Positions 56,428 to 64,000 of a stretch of DNA of 64,000 nt are shown here, piece by piece. The stretch comes from an uncultured Chloroflexia bacterium (lineage in GTDB: Bacteria > Chloroflexota > Limnocylindria > Limnocylindrales > CSP1-4), in assembly GCA_963721655.1 (NCBI GenBank), contig CAVRKH010000006.1:73386-137385 (forward strand), given 5' to 3'. Position 1 is the stretch's first letter, and each line of letters starts with the position of its first letter. The position numbers and the translations under genes were made by a program. The notes under the pieces are model-generated. The model did not search any database, had not been told where the DNA came from, and worked only from the letters and a program-made list of their open reading frames with translations.

Positions 56428-57674
56428 TCACTTGCATGCCTCTGGCGCGGTCGCGGCATCCACGCCGGCGCACAGGTCTTCCTTGGTGATCTGTCCAGCG
56501 TCGACCGCCAGCTGCAGGTTCTCTGCAGTCAGCGGCGTCGGGATCAGGATGAAGGAGTTCACGGTGTTGCCACCGGGCGTGGTGAACGGCTGGGCTGTCA
56601 GGCCCGCAGCCGGAGCGACGGCCGGGTCGATGAGGCCGTCCGGCAGCGTCAGGCTGGCCATGTCTGCACCGGCACACAGCGCGAGTGCGGCTGCACCGGC
56701 GGCCTTGCCGAGCTCATTGGCGTTCTTCCAGACGTCGACGTACTGCAGACCCTTCGCGACGTTGTTCAGGTTGGCGGGATCGCCGTCCTGGCCGCTGACG
56801 GGCGGGTACGGGTCGTAGTTCTTGCCCGTGAGGGCGGCCGCGACGCCGAGCGCCGTGCTGTCGTTCTCGGCCAGCACCGCGTCGATCGTCGTGCCGTCGG
56901 CGACGGCCTTGTCGATGATCGCTTCCATGTTGTTCGTGGCCGTCGTGGTATCCCACGCCTTCGTGTACGTCCCGTAGTCCTTCGGCCACTCACCGGTGCC
57001 GCCCTCGGGACCGTTCAGGATCGTGATCTTGCTTCGCGTCAACGGCTTCCTTGAGGCCGGCGTCGTCCCAGCCCGCGGGCAGGAACGTCGAGGCATTCGG
57101 GTCGCCCGGGTCGCCCTTGATCAGGACGTAGTTGCCCTCGGGGACCTTCGCCATGATCGCCTCGGCCTCGAGCGTGCCGACGCCCGTGTTGTCGAACGTG
57201 ACGTACAGGACGTCGGGGTCCTCGATCAGACGGTCATAGCCGATGACCGGGACGCCGGCGTGCCTTCGCCTTCTCGACGGCCGGCCCGATGACAGTCGGG
57301 TCCTGGGCGAGGATGATCAGGACGTTGGCGCCCTGCGACAGCAGCGTGTCGACGTCGGTCAGCTGCTGCTCGGTGCTCAGGTTCGCGTCCTTGCTCGATG
57401 TAGCGTGCCACCGCCGGCCTCGACGGTGTCCTTGATGTTCGGCTCGTCGTGCGCGGCCCAGCGTGGCTGCTGGAAGTTGTTCCACGACACGCCGACCGTG
57501 CACGGAGCCGGCCGCGGCGGACGCGGGCGCGCTGGCGGCCGGGGCCTCGCTGGCCGGGGCCTCGCTCACCGCCGGCGCCGCGCTCTGGGGCGCCGTCGTG
57601 GCCCCGCCAGATGAGCAGGCCGACGCGACGATCGCAAGGGTTGCAACGAGCAACCCAATTCGCTTATTTACCAT
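56428..57674 (-). CDS. xylF: Sugar ABC transporter substrate-binding lipoprotein (XylF-like), two or more apparent frameshifts
   Basis: MVNKRIGLLVATLAIVASACSSGG lipobox, then …KDANLSTEQQLTDVDTLLSQGANVLIILAQDPTVIGPAVEKAKA (frame 57234..57674). C-terminal PBP type-I domain in frame 56428..57096. Confidence 0.8.
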
Positions 57675-58125
57675 TCCTGACTCCTTCCTCCGGTTTCCGC
57701 ACCCCCCGGTTGATCACGGTCACCGCCGTGTACCCTCCCTCGAATTCGCTACGCTAGCATCCTCCTCCAAGCAGATTCCAGACTGTTTCGCGCCGATGGG
57801 CGCTGCGGTACGACGCTAGGCGGTGAGGAGTTCCGGGACGGCGTCGCGCCGCCCGATCCACATCGCGGGATCGGCGATGGAGTGGCTCGAAGGCCAACTC
57901 TGCTGCGCCGAGCACTGATGCGTCGTCCCCCAAGTCGTCGGCGACAGGATCCTGGCGAGCGTGCGCGATCTCGCGGCGCTCGCGCGGTCACGGGATGTGT
58001 ATCTCTCTTCCAACAGCGAAGGTGCCAGATTCGGTCATGCCCCGGACCATGTCAAGCCGCTGCCGCCACGTTACTAACAGGCAGGGCAGGGCGCGAGTGC
58101 TAGCATCCCCGCCTGCCTGGGAGGC
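57675..58125. promoter_or_regulatory. Divergent intergenic region (xylFGH promoter side / CRTAC1-like gene promoter side)
   Basis: 451-nt non-coding interval. The 10-mer GCTAGCATCC occurs near both ends (about 57748 and 58098). A GGAAGGAG RBS precedes the xylF ATG on the minus strand. Confidence 0.4.
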
Positions 58126-59815
58126 ATGGCACACGACGAGGAGGCGACCGATCGAGTCGGTGAGCGCATGAATCGCTCGGTCGGACGACGCGTCGCCGTC
58201 GCGTTGGTCGTGGTCGTCGCCGCGGCCGGCGTTGCGATCGCCGGGTCGGCCGTCCTGGGCGGCGGGGCGTCGGGAAGTGCACCCTCGGCGCCGCGCTTCG
58301 TCGAGGAGGCATCGGCGGCCGGGATCGACCACACGTTTGGCGGAGAGGACCAGTGGTTCGTCGGCGGTGGCGTTGCCGTGTTCGATTGCGACGACGATCA
58401 CCGCCCGGACCTGTACCTCGCCGGCGGCGCCGGGCCCGCGCTCCTCGCTCGCAACGAAAGCGAGGTCGGCGGCAGCCTCAGGTTCACGCCGGTCCACGAT
58501 CCCGTGACCGACCTGTCCGACGTGACCGGTGCGTACCCGCTCGATGTCGATGGCGACGCAGTCGCCGACCTGGCCGTGTTGCGCCGCGGTGAGACCGTCC
58601 TGCTCCGGGGTCTCGGCGACTGTCGGTTCGAGCGCGCCAACGAGCAGTGGGGGTTCGATGGCGGGGACGGATGGACGACGGCGTTCAGCGCGACCTGGGA
58701 GGGTGCCTCGACCCGGCCGACACTTGCCCTCGGCCGCTACCTCGATCTCGAGAAGACCACTGACAGCACCTACGTCTGCGACCACAACGAGCTGTTCCGG
58801 CCGGCCTCGGACGGGACGTACGGCCCGCCGACGGCCCTGCGGCCGGGCTTCTGCACGCTGTCGATCCTGTTCAGCGACTGGGACCGCTCGGGGCGCCGCG
58901 ACCTCCGGGTCAGCAACGACCGTCACTACTACCAGGACGGCCGCGAGCAGCTCTGGCGCATCGAGCCCGGGCAGCCGCCGCGCGAATACACCGAGGCCGA
59001 CGGCTGGCAGCACATGGAGCTCTGGGGGATGGGCATCGCCAGCCAGGATCTCACCGGCGACCGTTACCCCGAGGTCTACCTCACGAGCCAGGGCGACAAC
59101 AAGCTGCAGACCCTGGCCGATGGGCCAGCGCAGCCGCGCTACCGGGACATCGCGCTCGAGCGCGGCGCGACCGCCACCCGCCCATACGCCGGCGACACGA
59201 CGCTCCCCTCGACGGCGTGGCACCCGCAGTTCGAGGACGTCAACAATGACGGCTTCATGGACCTCTTCGTCGCGAAGGGCAACGTCTACGAGATGCCCGA
59301 TTACGCCCGACGCGACCCGAGCAACCTGCTGCTTGGCCAGGCCGATGGGACCTTCATCGAGGGCGCGGAGGAGGCAGGCATCGTGAGCTTCGACCGTGGT
59401 CGCGGCGCGGCCGTCGCCGACCTCAACCTCGACGGGTTGCTCGACATCGTCCAGGTCAACTTCGGCGCGCCCGTCCAGATGTGGCGAAGCACAGGCTCCG
59501 GGGCCGCCGACACAGCGATGGGTCACTGGCTCGGCGTCCAGCTCAGCGAACCCGGGCCGAATCGCGACGCGATCGGGTCGTGGATCGAGGTCAAGGCCGG
59601 CGACACGCACGATCGAGCGCGAGCTGACGGTCGGTGGCGGCCACGTCAGCGGGCGGCTGGGGCCGACCCACTTCGGGCTCGGGGCGGCGGACCGTGCCGA
59701 GGTCCGCGTCACCTGGCCGGACGGCGAACAGGGGCCATGGATCCCGGTCGAGGCGGACCAGTACGTCACGCTCGATCGAGGAGCAGAGGCAGCGACGCCG
59801 TGGAGCCTCCCGTGA
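58126..59815 (+). CDS. CRTAC1-family protein (FG-GAP/VCBS repeats plus ASPIC-UnbV C-domain), apparent frameshift near 59600
   Basis: N-terminal signal/TM RRVAVALVVVVAAAGVAIAGSAVLG. FG-GAP-like repeats (…FDCDDDHRPDLYLAGG…, …VNNDGFMDLFVAKG…, …ADLNLDGLLDIVQVNFG…). The UnbV_ASPIC C-terminus (…GSWIEVKAGDT / IERELTVGGGHVSGRLGPTHFGLGAADRAEVRVTWPDGEQ) is split over two frames. Confidence 0.65.
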
Positions 59816-61186
59816 CCACGGCCCGGCTTGCAGCGATCGATCTGCCCGACTTCGGCATGCCCGACGAGGCACCGGAGCTGCCCGCGTCGCTCTATGCCGA
59901 CCGGCTCGAACGCCTGCGGGCCCGTGCGTCGGATGCCGGCTTCGACCGCCTGGTCGTGTACGCGGACCGCGAGCACAGCGCGAACGTGTCGTACCTGACC
60001 GGCTTCGACCCACGGTTCGAGGAGGCGATCCTCGTCGTCGGCGAGACCGGCGAGCCGGCCGATCCTCGTCGGCAACGAGAACTGGGGGACGGCCGGCGCG
60101 GCGCCGCTCCCGATGCGCCGCCACCGGTTCCAGGACCTGAGCCTGCCGGGCCAGCCACGCGATCGATCGCGGCCGCTCGCCGAGCTCCTCGGCGAGGAGG
60201 GGATCGGTCCCGGGACGCGGGTCGGCGTGATCGGCTGGAAGACCTATACCTCACCGGACTCGATCGAGGCGCCGGCGTTCCTCGTGGACGAGCTGCGACG
60301 GCTGGTCGGTCCCGGGGGATCGGTGCGCAACGCCACGGGCCTCCTGATCGACCCGGGCGACGGCCTGCGGGTCGTCAACGAGGTCGAGCAGCTCGCCTCG
60401 TTCGAATACGCGGCGTGCCAGACGTCGCAGGGCGTGCGCAACCTGCTGTTCGGGCTGCGTCCCGGGCTGACCGAGGCGGAGGCGGTCCGGCTGCTCGAGT
60501 GGAACGGCATGCCGCTGTCGTGCCACCTGATGTTGACGGCCGGACCGCGCGCCACGTACGGCCTGCTCAGCCCGGGCACGCGCAGGATCGAGCGCGGAGA
60601 CCGGTTCACGGTTGCGTTCGGCGTGTGGGGCGCGCTGAATTGTCGGGCGGGGTTCGTCGTCGAGGATGCCGGCGAGCTGCCGGCGGGCATCGGCGACTAC
60701 GTCGAGAAGCTCGTGGGACCGTATTTCGAGGCGATCGCCGAGTGGTATGGCGCGATCCGCATCGGGCAGACGGGCGGGGTGCTCCAGGAGATCATCGACC
60801 GCCGGCTCGGCGACCCGTTCTTCGGGATCTTCCTGAACCCCGGGCACCAGATCCACCTCGACGAGTGGATCAACTCGCCGTTCTCGCCCGGATCGCAGGT
60901 GGAGCTGCGCTCGGGCATGGCCTTCCAGGTCGACGTCATCCCGGCGACCGGGACGGACTACTTCACGACCAACATCGAGGACGGCATCGCCCTCGCCGAC
61001 GCGTCGCTCCGTGACGCGTTCGCGGCAGCCTACCCGGGGGCATGGGCGCGCATCGGGGCGCGCCGGCGGTTCATGGCCGAATCGCTCGGGATCGAGCTGC
61101 ACCCGGACGTGCTGCCGTTCTCGAACATCCCGGCGTACCTCCCGCCGTTCCTGCTGGCGCCCGGGCGGGCGATGACGCTGGCCTAG
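59812..61186 (+). CDS. M24-fold (creatinase/aminopeptidase-P-like) protein, apparent frameshift near 60060
   Basis: GTG start overlaps the upstream stop (GTGA). Creatinase_N-like LYADRLERLRARASDAGFDRLVVYADREHSANVSYLTGF. C-terminal pita-bread fold (…FGIFLNPGHQIHLDEWINSPFSPGSQVELRSGMAFQVDVIP…). Metal-ligand completeness not verified. Confidence 0.65.
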
Positions 61187-61647
61187 GGGCTCGCATCGCC
61201 GGCGTGGGCGGCGTCGACGTCGACCCACGGTGCACGCCACGAGGGAGCGTCGAAGGGGACCGCCCAGTAGACGACCTCGCGGTAGACCTTGCCGTCGCGC
61301 AGCTCCATGAGGTCCACGCAGAGCCAGGTCGAGCCGTCCGGGTACGTCATCCGCCACTCGGCCCACCAGAAGTCGCCGCTGCCGATCACGCGCATCACCG
61401 TGTTCCCGGGTGAGACGACCCAGCGATCCTCCGCGCCGACAACCCGCGTCAGCTCGGTGCTGGGCGTGCCGCCAGGGTAGTTCCGCGCGATCTCGGCCCA
61501 GCCCTCGCTGCTGTGGATGTGCTCGCCGGACTGCGGCCAGACCACCTCCCATTCCGGGTGACGAAGCTCGTGGAGGGTCGGGATGTCGAACTCGGCGGAG
61601 GCGGTGCCGTAGCGCGTGACCACTTCCTCGTTCGTCGTTTTCGGCAT
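61183..61647 (-). CDS. NTF2-like / SnoaL-like small protein
   Basis: 154 aa with …VVGAEDRWVVSPGNTVMRVIGSGDFWWAEWRMTYPDGSTWLCVDLMELRDGKVYREVVYW. Intact; corresponds exactly to the last 155 codons of the track ORF 61183..63282. Confidence 0.6.
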   Translation of the reverse strand: MPKTTNEEVVTRYGTASAEFDIPTLHELRHPEWEVVWPQSGEHIHSSEGWAEIARNYPGGTPSTELTRVVGAEDRWVVSPGNTVMRVIGSGDFWWAEWRMTYPDGSTWLCVDLMELRDGKVYREVVYWAVPFDAPSWRAPWVDVDAAHAGDASP

Positions 61648-61752
61648 GCCCCGCACAGTAGCGGGCCCGACCGCCGGCCGGAAGGGAGGAAACCGGCTTC
61701 CGGGCCGGGACGTATCGACGGACACGACCCGAAAGCTGGAGGAGACAATCCC

Positions 61753-62272
61753 ATGGCCACTCGCCGCTCGATCTCGGTCACGCTGGTCCTCGCCCTGGCA
61801 GGCGTCCTCTTGCTTCTCCAGTCGTCGTTCGTCGCCGCGAAAGGCGGGCCGACGATCCTCGAGTGGCAGACGATGGTGGGCGTCCCGCAGGCATTCACCG
61901 GCACCACCAATCAGGCAGTAATCCGCGGCGTGCCGGGCGGCGGCATCCCGTGGCGGCTGGACCTCGGCAAGGGTGAGCTCTCGCGCAACGGGCACCTCGA
62001 GATCAAGGTGCGTGGCCTCGTCCTGGCGACCGGCGACAACGCGGGCACGAACCCGGTAGGCACGTTCCGCGGGCTCGTCAGCTGCCTGACTGACCAGGCG
62101 ACCGTCGTCAACGTCCCAACCGGCAACTTCCCGGCCAGCACCGGTGCCGGCGAGCGCCGGCGGCGGCAACGCCGACATCGAGGCCGACCTCAACCTGCCG
62201 AACCCATGTATCGCACCGATCGTCTTCGTCACGAGCGGCGGCGGTTCGTGGTTCGCAGCGACCGGCGGCTGA
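61753..62272 (+). CDS. Small secreted hypothetical protein, apparent frameshift near 62150
   Basis: GGAGGAG RBS. Signal peptide MATRRSISVTLVLALAGVLLLLQSSFVAAKG. Mature domain …GNFPASTGAG then (shifted) ASAGGGNADIEADLNLPNPCIAPIVFVTSGGGSWFAATGG. Confidence 0.5.
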
Positions 62273-62306
62273 CCTCGCCCTCCTCGGGGATGCCGGCGAG
62301 GTCGGG

Positions 62307-63138
62307 CTAGAGCTCGACCTCGCCGGTCACGCACGTCGCGGTCGCACCTGCGACCCAGACCGCGCCGTCCTCGTCTGCCGAGAGGTGGACCCGGCCGGCG
62401 CGACCGAGCGCCCCGCCCTGGCTTGCCACGTACGGCAGCGTGGCGCGGCCGGTCCGGACCAGCCATTGGGCCAGCGCCCCGTTGAGGCTGCCGGTGACGG
62501 GGTCCTCGGCGGTCCGGCCGTCCTTCGGAAAGAACGCCCGGACCTCGAACGCCTCCGGCGAGCCGGCCGGGTACGGCCCGACCACGCCGAGGTCGAAGTC
62601 CACGAAGCCGGGCTCGAGCGCGAGCACGGCGTCGGCGCTGCGGAGCAGCGCGACAACCCAGTTCGGGCCGTTCGCGGCCCACTGCGTGTCCACGATCGCT
62701 TCCCGCTCGATCCGCAGGACGTCCGCGATCCGCCGGTTCGAGCGCGTCGTCCAGCGGTCCGCTACGGAACGGCTCCGGCGACCGGAACGCAAGGCCGTCG
62801 GGCGTCCGGCGGACGGTGACCAGCCCGGCCCCGCACTCCTGGACGATTCGCTCGATGTCCCGCGGGCGGCCCCCGGCGGCCAGCCACGCGTGACACGTCC
62901 CAAGCGTCGGGTGGCCCGCGAACGGCAGCTCGCTCGACGTGTCGAAGATGCGCACGCGGTAGTCCGCCGCGGGATCCGTCGCGGCCACGACGAAGGTCGT
63001 CTCGGACAGGTTGGTCCATGCCGCGAACCGCTGCATCTGGTCGCTCGTCAGGCCGTCGCCGTCGAGCACGACCGCGACCGGGTTGCCGAGGTAGGGCGTG
63101 TCCGAGAACACGTCGACCTGGGCGAAGCGGCGAGCCAC
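62307..63138 (-). CDS. PhzF-family protein (phenazine-biosynthesis-like isomerase fold), apparent frameshift near 62780
   Basis: VARRFAQVDVFSDTPYLGNPVAVVLDGDGLTSDQMQRFAAWTNLSETTFV…FAGHPTLGTCHAW, then (other frame) …NGPNWVVALLRSADAVLALEPGF…DPVTGSLNGALAQWLV…. Confidence 0.8.
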
Positions 63139-63139
63139 G

Positions 63140-63749
63140 TCAGGCGAGCTCGGCGGTTGCCGGCCCAGGGGTTGCCGGCTCGAGCGGTCGTGCCAGCTCG
63201 AGCCGCCGGAAGAACGTGAAGCCGAAGGGCCACGCCCACTCCCTGACGTCGCGCAATTCGAGCGGCGCTTCGGCGAGTCCATCGAGCGGGTCGGGCGTCC
63301 GCAGGTGGAACAGCGAGAACCCGCGACGCAGGTCCCAGATCAGCGCCCGCGACCCTGGCCGAAGCACCCGCCAGACCTCCCTGAGTCCGGCCGCCTTGTC
63401 GTCCCAGTGATGCATCGAGAAGGTGCTGACGACGAGGTCGAACGACGCGTCCTCGAATGGCAACGCGGCCACGTCCGCCACGAGGAACTCGGGCATCGGC
63501 TCTGGCGGCGCTCGCGGCACGGGAGGCCTTCTCGCGCGCGCGCCGGATTTCGTCCGGATCCACGTCGACGGCAGTGACGGCCAGCCCGTGGTCGGCCGCC
63601 AGGCGGATGGAAAGCGCGCCCGATCCGCAGCCGACCTCGAGGACCGCAGTTCCGGGCGGAGCAACCCGGGCGATGTCGTCGGCGATCGGGCCGAAGAGTG
63701 AGTTCTCGTACCAGGATGCCATGCGCTCCACAGGGTGACGGATCGGCAT
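63140..63749 (-). CDS. Class I SAM-dependent methyltransferase, apparent frameshift near 63530
   Basis: AVLEVGCGSGALS motif I in frame 63048..63782. C-terminal MPEFLVADVAALPFEDASFDLVVSTFSMHHW in frame 63140..63961. The stop abuts or overlaps the PhzF GTG start. Confidence 0.7.
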
Positions 63750-63776
63750 CGTCGCTGTCGTCGTAGGCTCAACGTG

Positions 63777-64000
63777 ATGCACGATCTCAGGCAGCCGGTC
63801 ACGCTCGACGACATCCGCGCCGCCGCAGTCCGCCTCGACGGCGTCGCGCTCGTGACCCCGCTCGTGCCGTTCACGACGCCGGACGGCCGGTCGGTCCTGC
63901 TCAAGGCCGAATCGCTCCAGCCCGTCGGGGCGTTCAAGATCCGCGGCGCGTACAACGCCATCGCAAGCCTCGACTTTGCCGTCCGCTCTCGCGGCGTGGT
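63777..64000 (+). CDS. Threonine/serine dehydratase (PLP-dependent, IlvA/TdcB family), 5' fragment; continues beyond the window
   Basis: MHDLRQPVTLDDIRAAAVRLDGVALVTPL…LLKAESLQPVGAFKIRGAYNAI (the PLP-lysine motif SxxxFKxRG). Confidence 0.8.
   Translation, partial: MHDLRQPVTLDDIRAAAVRLDGVALVTPLVPFTTPDGRSVLLKAESLQPVGAFKIRGAYNAIASLDFAVRSRGV

Overview
This is a high-GC (about 70%) chromosomal window, probably actinobacterial. The evidence for that is an F420-type LLM oxidoreductase, an ECF41-like sigma factor, cydABDC gene order and a DUF6582 small protein. No rRNA, tRNA, CRISPR array, transposase, integrase or phage genes were recognised, so the content is core metabolism rather than an obvious mobile or defence island.

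Main blocks, left to right:
- **Pentose/arabinoside locus (80-11087).** NAD-epimerase, a LacI regulator, an FGGY pentulose kinase, araD, a GH127 beta-L-arabinofuranosidase, araA, two ABC permeases and a lipoprotein substrate-binding protein.
- **Solitary genes (11226-13568).** An F420-type LLM oxidoreductase and a CPA2 antiporter.
- **Twelve-gene minus-strand array (13516-31865).** SCP2-like small protein, GDE-like amylo-1,6-glucosidase, NDH-2, GMC oxidoreductase, MFS, SDR, glgX, a GH63 hydrolase and cydA-cydB-cydD-cydC. Gaps are 27 nt or less, and there are several ATGA/GTGA stop-start overlaps.
- **Stress/regulator block (32162-38592).** FAD monooxygenase divergent from MarR with an AT-rich palindromic operator, a small tandem-repeat protein, aldehyde dehydrogenase, a DHA2 MFS transporter and a DUF4287/SRPBCC-like protein.
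- **Molybdate and metal block (38623-42907).** TOBE/HTH regulator-modA-modB with no modC, a cNMP-binding protein plus cupin pair, and corA.
- **Efflux and sigma block (43000-50990).** PadR-ABC exporter operon, ECF41 sigma facing a STAS protein, a BBE-like FAD oxidase, a hypothetical membrane-anchored protein and a second MFS transporter.
- **Xylose block (51126-57674).** DUF6582 small protein, aminotransferase, then xylA (class II), xylG, xylH, xylF.
- **Right end (58126-64000).** A translationally coupled CRTAC1/ASPIC-like plus M24-like pair, NTF2-like protein, small secreted protein, PhzF-family protein, SAM-methyltransferase and a partial threonine dehydratase.

About half of the genes carry single-base frameshifts, yet protein conservation is intact on both sides of each break. 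That pattern fits assembly indel errors much better than real pseudogenes. The most interesting biology is the respiratory/glycoside-hydrolase super-array, the small repeat protein and the CRTAC1-M24 pair.

Coordinates come from the ORF track plus residue counting; positions I placed by hand may be off by 1-2 nt.
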